Shown piece after piece: positions 1 through 9,718 of a stretch of DNA of 64,000 nucleotides (the stretch's first letter is position 1; each line of letters begins with the position of its first letter). This stretch comes from Promethearchaeota archaeon (lineage in GTDB: Archaea > Asgardarchaeota > Lokiarchaeia > Sigyniarchaeales > SOKP01). The translations under genes were made by a program, and so were the position numbers. The stretch lies in assembly GCA_019058295.1 (NCBI GenBank), contig JAHPZI010000028.1, forward strand, positions 64,001 to 128,000. The letters run 5' to 3'. The notes under the pieces are model-generated. The model worked only from the letters and a program-made list of their open reading frames with translations, did no database searches and was not told the origin of the DNA.

Positions 1-1
1 T

Positions 2-2437
2 AATAGATTTATAGTTCAATCAAATTCGAATAATATAACATTAGAGGCGACACTTGATTTTGATAATACAAATAATTGGTTATTCTGGTTTATTAAAGAA
101 GAACTTCCCAGCGTTTGGGATACGGAGTATAAACCAATATACGGATTGGAATGGGAAGAATTCTGGAATCTATTGCATCCTTATCTCCTATTTGGATTTG
201 ACTTTAATATAGCAACAAATATAAGCGATATTGGCAATATCCTTAATGCTGATATGTTTCTATTCAATTCAACTGATAATACTTGGATGAATATATCCCA
301 GTATATAAATGTGAAACAAGAAGATGAAACTTTAATTACTATTAGTGTTAGAGATCGTGAGGGTAAAGATGATATTTTATCATTAATGGGTGATGGGATG
401 CCAGTGGGGAATTATAACCTTACTGTCAAATTTAATTATACAAGTAATGATGGTGCTGTTTTTAACGTATCATTTAATGAATTCACTATAGATGTTTTAA
501 CATTAGATGAAATTTCTCCGCTTCAGATATTTGATCCCGGAATACAAGATTTATTTTATCCTATTAGTGCCACGGTGGATCCGAATACAGGAGAAACAAT
601 CGGGAATCCAGATTTAGATGCATTGGAATTAAATGATGGTAATTACTTTATAGCCAATTCTATAGATGATAATCTCACAATTGAATTTGAATTTAACTTA
701 GTTCCCTATTTGAACAATTCATTATGGACTATGGACGAATATGAATACCAATATGTCTATCCAAATCCCACGATTCCTGAAATGACTTTAAGGCTGAGTT
801 CTAAGGTTAGTATAAAGGGAAATTCTTCGGTGCAAAATAATTTAACTACTGCTGTTTTAGAAATTTATGTACCTGAAGAAATGGAATGGTATCCAGTGTG
901 GTTCGAAGATTTATTGGCTCATGAAAATGAGTTTCAAATACCTGCCAGTGTAAATGTTACAAGCTCTTTGTTTATTTTACAAATGACCAACTCTTCTTAT
1001 CAAAAAAATTCTCTTAAATTTCGGTTGAGATATGAATGGAATGAAGCTCAAACACCCCCTCCCGGAGGTTTTAATGTTACTATTGATGAATTTAGTTTCG
1101 ATATCACCGTTCAAAATGCAAAATCCTCTGATTTTTCTTCTTTGATAGGATTCGGCTTAAATAATGATGCGATAAAGCCCTCCGATATTTCCATGGAAGT
1201 TCAGGGTACCAGTGTGGCAGATGATGGTACATGGAGTGGTGATATTGCTAATGGTATTCCCAACTCAGATGGATATTTTGAATTTAACATAACATCGCGA
1301 TGGGAAGCAGTTAGTTTTAACGTGACAATAACGTATGACGTATTTAAATACCTAATTGAAATAGATTTCAAAGATGATTTTGAAGAGCAATATATGACTG
1401 GAACAGAATATTTTACTATAGAGGTAACTAATAGTATTGGTCAACCGATCTCAGGTCTAGAAATAATTTTTGAATTGATCGATGCAGATGATAAAGTAAT
1501 CGATGAAGACACAGATATTACTGATTTGGATGGAGAAGCAACGGGTTCTCTAGAAATGGATGAGATAGGGGATGGCTTTTATGTTAAAGTCAGTTATGAG
1601 CAAGTTGGAATATATGCAAGTGAAGATAAAGAATCCGATGAATTTAGGGTGGTTGATGAATTTACAATATTTATGGATAATTTTCTACTATTATTGCCAT
1701 ATATTCTTATTGGATTGGCAGCACTTTTTACATTTATAGCCCTCCGGCATCGAAAGTTAAGCAAATTGCGAGAATTCTGGGAGGAAGAATCTATAGTTTT
1801 AGAAGACTTGTTAAAAATTTCACACATCATGATCATACATAAAGATACGGGATTAACTCTTTATAGTAAGCAAACTTCTATGGAACTCGATTCGGATTTA
1901 ATAAGTGGATTTTTAACTGCCATTTCACAATTTAGAAGCGAAATTAAAAAACCTGTTGATGATTTTGACATAAGTACAGGATTTGAGATGGATTATCACG
2001 ACTTTAAAATTGATATAGTGGATGGCAAATATATACGAACTGCGTTAATTTTAGAAGGAATCCCATCCGAACAATTAAAAAAAAATCAGGAAATGTTTAC
2101 AAATAGTTTTGAAACAAAATTTAGCTCATTATTAGTGGATTTTACAGGAGATGTCAAGCCATTCAGAGAAACTGACAATTTAATTGAGAGATTTTTCAAT
2201 ATTTCTCTGATGTATCCATTTCAATTAGGTTCGAATTGGAAATCAGCAAAATTAAAAAAATTAGAAACAGCTTTATTAGAAGTAGCCGAACAGATGCAAA
2301 AAGAGAGAAAATACTTCTTTATTTCCAATTTATTGAATTACGGACTAGCTGGACGGAAAGAATCAAAAAATCAAATCGTAAGTACTATACTCTCACTTAA
2401 ACGGAAAGATTTAATTGTTCCAATTGATATTGATTAA
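2..2437 (+). CDS. Large single-pass membrane protein with cytoplasmic longin-like domain (5'-truncated by the window)
   Basis: Frame is open from position 2, upstream of the TTG at 146. Acidic beta-rich ectodomain, one TM (LLLLPYILIGLAALFTFIAL) then RHRK, then HIMIIHKDTGLTLY...DSDLISGFLTAISQF typical of Asgard longin-like domains, and a possible C-terminal wHTH. Confidence 0.75.
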   Translation, partial: NRFIVQSNSNNITLEATLDFDNTNNWLFWFIKEELPSVWDTEYKPIYGLEWEEFWNLLHPYLLFGFDFNIATNISDIGNILNADMFLFNSTDNTWMNISQYINVKQEDETLITISVRDREGKDDILSLMGDGMPVGNYNLTVKFNYTSNDGAVFNVSFNEFTIDVLTLDEISPLQIFDPGIQDLFYPISATVDPNTGETIGNPDLDALELNDGNYFIANSIDDNLTIEFEFNLVPYLNNSLWTMDEYEYQYVYPNPTIPEMTLRLSSKVSIKGNSSVQNNLTTAVLEIYVPEEMEWYPVWFEDLLAHENEFQIPASVNVTSSLFILQMTNSSYQKNSLKFRLRYEWNEAQTPPPGGFNVTIDEFSFDITVQNAKSSDFSSLIGFGLNNDAIKPSDISMEVQGTSVADDGTWSGDIANGIPNSDGYFEFNITSRWEAVSFNVTITYDVFKYLIEIDFKDDFEEQYMTGTEYFTIEVTNSIGQPISGLEIIFELIDADDKVIDEDTDITDLDGEATGSLEMDEIGDGFYVKVSYEQVGIYASEDKESDEFRVVDEFTIFMDNFLLLLPYILIGLAALFTFIALRHRKLSKLREFWEEESIVLEDLLKISHIMIIHKDTGLTLYSKQTSMELDSDLISGFLTAISQFRSEIKKPVDDFDISTGFEMDYHDFKIDIVDGKYIRTALILEGIPSEQLKKNQEMFTNSFETKFSSLLVDFTGDVKPFRETDNLIERFFNISLMYPFQLGSNWKSAKLKKLETALLEVAEQMQKERKYFFISNLLNYGLAGRKESKNQIVSTILSLKRKDLIVPIDID

Positions 2438-2474
2438 AAATTTATTTTTTTCATTCTTTATATTTATATTAATT

Positions 2475-3287
2475 ATGATTGATAAAAAAAGGAAATTTTG
2501 GACAGTTGGACAAATAGATGCTACTGGGGTAAGAGGCCCTCATGAAAAAGAACTTGAAGATATTAGCAATGCTAAGTGTCCTCTTTTCATCAACATTAAT
2601 ATGAATGTTCTACAAAAAATTGTAAAAGAGAGTCTTGGTGGTAAAATCGAAAATATTGGATTTGATGAAGACTGGACTATTACTATAGAGTTTTTTCCTG
2701 AAGTAAATATCCATATGGCATATTCTTATTTTGGAGATGAATTTGGGGATGGTATTGAAGCAGAATTTAAATTTTATTTTTCTGGAGAGCATGTTACATT
2801 GGTTCCGGGTGAAGATAGTGCAACTTACATCGACATAGTTATGGATTTTATAGAGAGATTACTAAAAAATAAAGAACCATTTGAGAAGGACTATGATAAA
2901 AAGACAGAACTTATGGAAAAAGTTCTTATCCAGAGGGAAAAACCATTTGAAGTCCTAAAAGAAGGGGAAGGAAACAAATTAGCAGAATTCTTGGGTGCTA
3001 AAGTATGGAAAACCTCTGAGGGCTGGAGAATTAAAAAAGAATTCTTTCCGAAAATGTTTGCTGAAATTACATGGAATAAAGAAAAAGGACTTAATATATC
3101 TTTTTCAGGGGATAATCTTAATAATATGAGTAGTTATCATGCAGAATTCTTAGGGATTTTCATAATAAACCATCTCCTAAGATTTATAACAATCCATAAT
3201 GAAAATGAAGATCTGCCTGATATCTGCTACATAATGTTTTCACGAATGTTTACAAAAGCTAAAGGTTGGGAGCATAGGAGAAGGTAG
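2475..3287 (+). CDS. Hypothetical protein with two DUF3786-like repeats
   Basis: ATG at 2475 preferred over TTG at 2415. Internal duplication WTITIEFFPEV...FYFSGE / WRIKKEFFPKM...ISFSGD; the FP..GDEF..F..ED pattern resembles DUF3786. Confidence 0.55.
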   Translation: MIDKKRKFWTVGQIDATGVRGPHEKELEDISNAKCPLFININMNVLQKIVKESLGGKIENIGFDEDWTITIEFFPEVNIHMAYSYFGDEFGDGIEAEFKFYFSGEHVTLVPGEDSATYIDIVMDFIERLLKNKEPFEKDYDKKTELMEKVLIQREKPFEVLKEGEGNKLAEFLGAKVWKTSEGWRIKKEFFPKMFAEITWNKEKGLNISFSGDNLNNMSSYHAEFLGIFIINHLLRFITIHNENEDLPDICYIMFSRMFTKAKGWEHRRR

Positions 3288-3326
3288 TTTTCCTACTAAA
3301 TAAAAAATAATTTTAAAAAAAAAGGT

Positions 3327-3887
3327 TTAAATAATAGCTGTCCAAAATACAGATCTTCCCTTTTTTTCTGTTCGCTTAATTCTTTGGGCATTTTCTAAAT
3401 TAGACATTAATTTCCAAATTTGTGAATTGCTTAATTTGAAATATCTCCGCAATTCTGGAGTTGACATCTCTGTGCCACTTAACAAATTTACGATTAATCT
3501 TTCAATTTCTTCTATTGTATCTTCATCAGAATCATCGGAGTCTGATTTCTCTTCATCAATAGTCTCCATCTCAGTTATAATTCTATTAGCAATTTTGCTT
3601 AGTTGTGTTATATTTCTTTCGATCCCTTGAGGTTTCATAAATAAACAGCAGAGTTCTAAATCCTTTGGAAAGGCAACAATGTAAAATTTGTCATATAATA
3701 TTGCTCTTGGCTTTTTTCCAACATTTCCTCCCCGGAAAGCTAGATAAAAGTTCATTGAGAAATCGTCTAAATTAACTAAATCTTTTGAAGTATTTTCGAA
3801 CTCCTTTTTCCATTTGAGAAATGGGCCGTCAATCATGTCAAAACCGATCAATGCGGCCCCAAATAATTCATTTTCGTTAAATTTCAC
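3327..3887 (-). CDS. uDENN/longin-like domain fused to a C-terminal winged HTH
   Basis: N-terminal ALIGFDMIDGP (uDENN-type F-D-x3-GP), acidic linker, C-terminal MSTPELRRYFKLSNSQIWKLMSNLE...KGRSVFW wHTH. GTG start with AGGAGTG upstream. Confidence 0.6.
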   Translation of the reverse strand: MKFNENELFGAALIGFDMIDGPFLKWKKEFENTSKDLVNLDDFSMNFYLAFRGGNVGKKPRAILYDKFYIVAFPKDLELCCLFMKPQGIERNITQLSKIANRIITEMETIDEEKSDSDDSDEDTIEEIERLIVNLLSGTEMSTPELRRYFKLSNSQIWKLMSNLENAQRIKRTEKKGRSVFWTAII

Positions 3888-3903
3888 TTTCTTTTACACT
3901 CCT

Positions 3904-4464
3904 TTATTCTATCATATAATTTAAATCTTCTTTAAGAATATTCATAGATTCTTTTAAACTTCTTCTTATAAACACTTGATTTAATTCTTTTTTAATAATA
4001 TCGATTAATTTTTTCCGTTCGGACGATTCAATCGCTGTTAAACCGTAAGTCTTTACTTTGAGTATATCCTCAACTCTTTTTGCTTCCATTCTGCCATATT
4101 CCTTACATAAATCTTGTTTGTTCGCAATAGCAATTATGGGACAATCTTTTTCTACAATATTACTTGTGAACTCAATAAATCTTCGTGAATTTAATACATT
4201 GCGAGGACTAGAATCAGTTACTACTAATACAAGATCAGAACCTGCAAGATAATCATCTAAATAAGTTAGATAAGATGTTTGGCCTCCAAAATCCCAAACT
4301 CTTAAAGAAAACTGATCGAATTTAACCGTTTTCAAATCAAACCCTTGTGTGGGGATATAAAGTCTGTCTTTTTTTTCTATATTCTCCAATAAAAGTTTCA
4401 GAATGGTGGTTTTGCCCGTAGCGGGATGTCCAATTATCGATATTTTAACTAAATCGTTTAACAT
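3904..4464 (-). CDS. Small GTPase, Arf/Ras superfamily
   Basis: G1 GHPATGKT, G2 PTQG, G3 WDFGGQ, G4 NKQD, G5-like TA. Confidence 0.93.
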   Translation of the reverse strand: MLNDLVKISIIGHPATGKTTILKLLLENIEKKDRLYIPTQGFDLKTVKFDQFSLRVWDFGGQTSYLTYLDDYLAGSDLVLVVTDSSPRNVLNSRRFIEFTSNIVEKDCPIIAIANKQDLCKEYGRMEAKRVEDILKVKTYGLTAIESSERKKLIDIIKKELNQVFIRRSLKESMNILKEDLNYMIE

Positions 4465-4639
4465 TTCTATTCTAAAATGATTATTTAATTAATGAACAAA
4501 GAGAATTTGTGAATATTAAACTCGATCTTATCTGTGTAATATTTCTTTAGATCTCGTTTAAAAGATTCCCATAATGATTAAGTAATTATAATAAGTTGTT
4601 TAAAAAATTATAAATAATTGAAAGAATTTTAAAAAACAT

Positions 4640-5719
4640 ATGGAGGATAATAAACGAAGAGATTTGGCAAATAAATCCTTTGGCAATATTATTTCAGATG
4701 GATTTAATCTTTTTAAGAAATGTTATTGGAAATTGCTGCTACCAATGGCTTCTTTTTATATCATATATCTAATTATCAAAGTATTTCTATTAGCAGACTT
4801 ATATTTTTTATCTTACCGATTAGAAATAGAATATATTCAAATAGATCCTGAAAATGTATCTGAAGCTGATTATGATAGAATACTATTAATCGCGTTTATC
4901 GAACTTCTAATATACTTTCTAGATTTTTTGATAAGAGCAATTTTTACTGTTATAGCAATGTGCTCCGTAAGTCTTTTTGTTTATAAAAAGTATATGAATG
5001 AAGAAGTTAATTTTCTTAATCAATTTAAAAAGGCATTTAACCCAAAGATGTTACTAGTAATAATTTTAATCGGAATATGCATACCTTTAAGCATTTGGAT
5101 CTTAATGATCCCAGGACTTATCATTTTTGGAAGATATATATTTACAGTTTATACTTATAACATGGAAAATACAGAAGAAGGTACAGAAGTAATACAGAAG
5201 AAAAATCTAATTTCGAAGGCACAATTAATTTCTAAAGGTTCATTTTTGAAAATTTTTGCTATTTTTCTTATTACTATATTAATTACATTTATTATTCAAT
5301 TGGGATACTCAATTTTTCTATTATTTATTTGGAATGTGGATAATGCTACTTTATTATCATGGTATGATCCTAATAATAGAAATTATGGAATGATAATTCT
5401 TTATGAATTGATCTATGTTAATTTAGTAAATATAATCTTTATACCCTTGTTTATTTGTTTAATAACCCCCTTATTCGCAAGTTGTAAGGCACGATACGAA
5501 TTAGGAGAACTATATTATCCTCCAAAAAAACAGCCAGATTACAAACCATATCCTGCACAAGAACCTTATCCTGCACAACAATCTTATCCCGCACAGATGA
5601 ATACCTGGCAATCCAGAATTCAAGAAGGCCCTGGTATTTATTGTCCCTATTGTGGGCATAAAATTGATAATCCTATAAAATTCTGCCCTAGTTGTGGAGA
5701 ATCTATCGAATTTAAATAA
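4640..5719 (+). CDS. Multi-pass membrane protein with Pro/Gln-rich linker and C-terminal zinc ribbon
   Basis: About 6 hydrophobic segments; C-terminal CPYC...CPSC. Confidence 0.75.
   Translation: MEDNKRRDLANKSFGNIISDGFNLFKKCYWKLLLPMASFYIIYLIIKVFLLADLYFLSYRLEIEYIQIDPENVSEADYDRILLIAFIELLIYFLDFLIRAIFTVIAMCSVSLFVYKKYMNEEVNFLNQFKKAFNPKMLLVIILIGICIPLSIWILMIPGLIIFGRYIFTVYTYNMENTEEGTEVIQKKNLISKAQLISKGSFLKIFAIFLITILITFIIQLGYSIFLLFIWNVDNATLLSWYDPNNRNYGMIILYELIYVNLVNIIFIPLFICLITPLFASCKARYELGELYYPPKKQPDYKPYPAQEPYPAQQSYPAQMNTWQSRIQEGPGIYCPYCGHKIDNPIKFCPSCGESIEFK
5549..5596 (+). repeat. 18-bp coding tandem repeat (YPAQxx, about 2.7 copies)
   Basis: tatcctgcacaagaacct / tatcctgcacaacaatct / tatcccgcacag. 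Confidence 0.8.
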
Positions 5720-5737
5720 TGAAAGGAAGAATTTCCC

Positions 5738-6520
5738 ATGTATTTCAACATCGAAAAAAAGATTGACTTAAACATTGATGATATTAATGATCCTGTCGTC
5801 TTGATAGGATGGCCTGGAATAGCTTTAGTCGCTAAATTAGCAATTTCTACAATTAAAGACGCGATTGACGCAGAATTATTTTTAAAAATAGAATATTTTG
5901 ATTTTCCCCCTAAAAGTACTGTTGAAGCTGGTTCATTAGATATTCCATCTGCTAAATTATATTATAAAAAAAGAAAAATTAACGATCTTTTTATATTAAC
6001 CGCAAATTTTCAACCTCAAACTCCAGAAGGCGTTTTTGAGTTCGCTAAAAGATTTTGCGAAGAAATGGACAAAATTTCAGGTGGAAAAATAAAAATGTAT
6101 CTATCTACTGGGGCCTTAATTTCGGATAATGTATCTGATAAACCTAAAGTTCATATATGTAGTACATCAAAGGATTTAATGCAATCTTTTTTAGAATTAG
6201 AAAATACTAAAATAATGGATGGTGGAATAATTGCAGGGGCAAATGGGATATTACCCGCTTATGCGGGTGCAAAAGGCTTCGCACCAGGAATTTGTCTGTT
6301 AGCTGAAACTATTCCTTTGCCAATGATGAGTTTAGACCCACGTGCCAGCAAAGCTTTAGTTAAGATATTAAAAAATTATTTTAAAATTGAAATGAATTTT
6401 GATGAATTAGATAAAAAAATTGATGAAATGAAAAATGTGTTCGAATCGTTTAAAAAACAAGCAGATTATTTTATGAAAGGTGCTCAGGAAGATCAAGGAC
6501 CAGATTCATATTTCCGATAA
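5738..6520 (+). CDS. PAC2-family proteasome assembly chaperone
   Basis: LIGWPGIALVAKLA, IAGANGIL, GICLLAET, DPRASKAL and C-terminal coiled helix. Confidence 0.85.
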   Translation: MYFNIEKKIDLNIDDINDPVVLIGWPGIALVAKLAISTIKDAIDAELFLKIEYFDFPPKSTVEAGSLDIPSAKLYYKKRKINDLFILTANFQPQTPEGVFEFAKRFCEEMDKISGGKIKMYLSTGALISDNVSDKPKVHICSTSKDLMQSFLELENTKIMDGGIIAGANGILPAYAGAKGFAPGICLLAETIPLPMMSLDPRASKALVKILKNYFKIEMNFDELDKKIDEMKNVFESFKKQADYFMKGAQEDQGPDSYFR

Positions 6521-6651
6521 CATCTTTTTCTTTTTCGATAAATATTAAATTGAAATTCTTATTTAAACAAATTTTTAATGAAAAAATCCTTAATTTAACT
6601 AAAAAATTAAATTAAATAATTAAAAAAAAAATCAAGGTTGAGATTTAAGAT

Positions 6652-8667
6652 TTGAAGTTTTTTAAGCTTTTTACTCCTTTAAAGATAAAAGATATGACCA
6701 TATCTAACAGGGTCGTAATGCCAGCGATGCACTTGAACCTTGCAAACGATGGCTTCATGACAAAGAAACTAATAGACTTCTACATTGAGCGGGCAAAAGG
6801 AGGGGCAGGACTCCTTATAATAGGAGGATGTTATGTGTCCATCTATGGAAAAGGGCTACCAAGTATGATTTCTATTGAAAGTGATGATTATATTCCAAAA
6901 ATGATAGAATTTACTGATGCTGTTCATAAGGCTCGAGAAGATGTTAAAATTTGTGCCCAGTTATACCATGGAGGGAGATATACTTTTTCCCAAATCATAG
7001 GTAGAACACCAATATCTTCTTCAGCAACTTATAGTATTTTCAGCAAGACAACACCCCGAGAAATGACTCTTGAGGATATCAAAAATGAGCAGCAAGCGTT
7101 TGCTGATGCTGCATTAAGAGCGCAGAAAGCAGGCTTTGATTGTACTGAGATTTGCGGGTCTGCTGGATATTTAATGGATCAATTTCTATCTCCATTTGTT
7201 AATAAAAGGACAGATGAATATGGTGGAGATTTTGAAAATCGATTGAGATTTCCGGTTGAAACTATTAAAAAGATAAGAGATGCGGTAGGGAATAATTTTC
7301 CTGTAGGAATGAGGATGGCGGGTGATGATTTTGTTCCTGGAAGTCTAACTTACAAAGATAAACCTCCTATTGCTAAGGCATACGAGAACGCTGGGATAGA
7401 TTTTTTAAATATTACAGGGGGATGGCATGAGACAAAGGTTCCACAGCTTACTATGGATGTACCTGAGGGATGTTATACTTATTTAGCAGAAAATATTAAA
7501 AAAAACGTTTCTATTCCGGTTTTTGCCACTAATAGAATAAATAATCCCGTATTGGCTGAACAAGTGCTAATGGCTGACAAAGCTGACGCAATTTGTATAG
7601 GTAGAGGCTTAATTGCTGACCCTTTCTTACCAATGAAAGCAAAAAAGGGAGAGATTCGCGATATAATGAACTGTGTTGCCTGCAACCAAGGATGTTTCGA
7701 TAATATTTTTAGAATGATGCCCATCTCTTGTTTGAGAAATGCTAGGGCTGGAAAAGAAGCTAGAACTGAATTAAAGCCAATTAAAGAGAAGAAAAAAGTA
7801 ATGGTGATAGGTTCTGGTCCTGCAGGGTTAGAAGTTGCAAGAATTGCTCGAATAAGGGGTCATGAAGTCCACATTTTTGAAAAAGATGATAAGATAGGAG
7901 GGTTATTAAATCTTATTTGGATTCCTCCAGGAAGAAATGAATTTAAAAGAATGATTGAAAATTATGCTTATTGGATTCAAAAACATAGAATTATGACCCA
8001 TTTAGAAACAGAAGTCACACCAGAAATCGTAAAAGAGTTTAATCCTGATGCTGTAATTCTCGCAACTGGTTCCATTCCAATAAAACCTCCTATTAAAGGT
8101 ATTGATAAATCCCATGTTTTCTGGGCTAACGATGTCTTTAGTGGGGACGCTCCCATTGGTCAAAATAATGTAATAATTGGAGGTGGGGCAACCGGTATTG
8201 AATTAGCACTTTATATAGCAAAATATGGTACATTAAGTCGTGAAGCATTTGAATTTCTTACATTTTATAAAGCTTTAGAACCTGAAGATGCGCTTCCTAT
8301 GTTACATAAAGGAAAAAAGAAAGTTACTATTTTAGAGAAATTACCCAAAGTGGGATCAATACTCGGGAAAACAACAAAATGGGTTCTACTCGATAAATGC
8401 GATGGTTTAGGGGTGCGTATCATTACTAGCGCAAGTGTTACAGAAATTGGAGAAAATTATGTAAATTATAAAGACGCTAAGGGAAATGATCAAGTTATTG
8501 ACGACGTGGATATTGTTTATTACGCAGCTGGAGTAAAAACTAATGATGAATTATTTAAAGAGATTAAATCATTGGGAATTGAAGTTCAAAAGATCGGAGA
8601 TGCGAGAAAACCTGCTACAGTTTTGGAGGCAATCGATAGGGGTTATAAATTAGCGAATGGAATTTAA
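6652..8667 (+). CDS. fadH: NADH:flavin oxidoreductase, 2,4-dienoyl-CoA reductase (FadH)-like
   Basis: OYE barrel (ERAKGGAGL, QLYHGGR, GYLMDQFLSP..NKRTDEYGG), CVACNQGC 4Fe-4S motif, GSGPAG FAD-binding motif. Confidence 0.82.
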   Translation: MKFFKLFTPLKIKDMTISNRVVMPAMHLNLANDGFMTKKLIDFYIERAKGGAGLLIIGGCYVSIYGKGLPSMISIESDDYIPKMIEFTDAVHKAREDVKICAQLYHGGRYTFSQIIGRTPISSSATYSIFSKTTPREMTLEDIKNEQQAFADAALRAQKAGFDCTEICGSAGYLMDQFLSPFVNKRTDEYGGDFENRLRFPVETIKKIRDAVGNNFPVGMRMAGDDFVPGSLTYKDKPPIAKAYENAGIDFLNITGGWHETKVPQLTMDVPEGCYTYLAENIKKNVSIPVFATNRINNPVLAEQVLMADKADAICIGRGLIADPFLPMKAKKGEIRDIMNCVACNQGCFDNIFRMMPISCLRNARAGKEARTELKPIKEKKKVMVIGSGPAGLEVARIARIRGHEVHIFEKDDKIGGLLNLIWIPPGRNEFKRMIENYAYWIQKHRIMTHLETEVTPEIVKEFNPDAVILATGSIPIKPPIKGIDKSHVFWANDVFSGDAPIGQNNVIIGGGATGIELALYIAKYGTLSREAFEFLTFYKALEPEDALPMLHKGKKKVTILEKLPKVGSILGKTTKWVLLDKCDGLGVRIITSASVTEIGENYVNYKDAKGNDQVIDDVDIVYYAAGVKTNDELFKEIKSLGIEVQKIGDARKPATVLEAIDRGYKLANGI

Positions 8668-8713
8668 GATTTAGACAAAAATTTTTTTTTTATTAATTTT
8701 ACATCTGCAAAAT

Positions 8714-9610
8714 ATGAACGTTTTTGATATCAAGATTCAGAACGAGATTAACACCAAATTAGAGGGTATTAACGAACAATCACGAAATTACATTAACGAG
8801 GCTATTCTGATCATTAATAAAGAAATAGGAATTGACAACATTACTTCAATTATCTTATTTGGGAGCCATATTGAAAGAAAAGATTTTTCTTCCATCTCGG
8901 ATTGCGATTTACTCATTATTTTTAATGATAATGTTTCCAATTTCTTGATTAAAAATATTGAAAAATATTTCATTGCATTAGAAAATAAACATAATTTACG
9001 AGAGGATGGTTTTAAATTTGTTAATAAATTTTTCGATAGAGCAACCGGAATGTTTGTGAGTCATTTTTTAACCAAGAAAAAGTACTGGGAAAATCTTATT
9101 TTTCATAAAATATTTCGGGTAAATAGGATATTCTCCAAATTAATCGCACCGAAAAAAATAGTATTCTGCAACATAATATCAAATAGTAGCATCCTTTATG
9201 GGAAAGATTTGAGAAAAAATGTTAAAAAGATTGAAATTTCGCCTTTTGAAATAGTAAGAAGTCTAATCATGAATTTAATTATAATTTTATTTTCAATTCC
9301 TACTTCAGTGTTGAAATCTTTTAATTCAATAAAATATCAATTAGAAGCAGTAAAATGGAGTTTAAGAGCTTCTAATTATTATGCCTTTGAAGATTCTAAA
9401 TCGCTCGAGGAAATTTCTGCTCGATTTATCCTTTTTGAAAAATCAGGACGTATTTTGAATTATATAAGACACGCTAAAGTTTTCTATCATAGATTTCTAA
9501 ACTTAAGAAAAAAACCTCATACAGATCTAGGTTTTATGCTTCGATGCCCTTTTAGAATTCTTAAAATTCACTTGAAAGGCTTACAATTTAAACAAATAGC
9601 AAAAAAGTAG
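8714..9610 (+). CDS. Nucleotidyltransferase (Pol-beta superfamily) with C-terminal helical domain
   Basis: ILFGS...SDCDLLII motif. Confidence 0.75.
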   Translation: MNVFDIKIQNEINTKLEGINEQSRNYINEAILIINKEIGIDNITSIILFGSHIERKDFSSISDCDLLIIFNDNVSNFLIKNIEKYFIALENKHNLREDGFKFVNKFFDRATGMFVSHFLTKKKYWENLIFHKIFRVNRIFSKLIAPKKIVFCNIISNSSILYGKDLRKNVKKIEISPFEIVRSLIMNLIIILFSIPTSVLKSFNSIKYQLEAVKWSLRASNYYAFEDSKSLEEISARFILFEKSGRILNYIRHAKVFYHRFLNLRKKPHTDLGFMLRCPFRILKIHLKGLQFKQIAKK

Positions 9611-9718
9611 ATTTAATCTTAGCAAAAATTGATTTCATTGAAGATTTACTTAAAATTTTTATATTTTTAAGGTTATAATTTTAATGTAGAAATAATTAAA
9701 AAAAGGTCTAAAAAAAAT

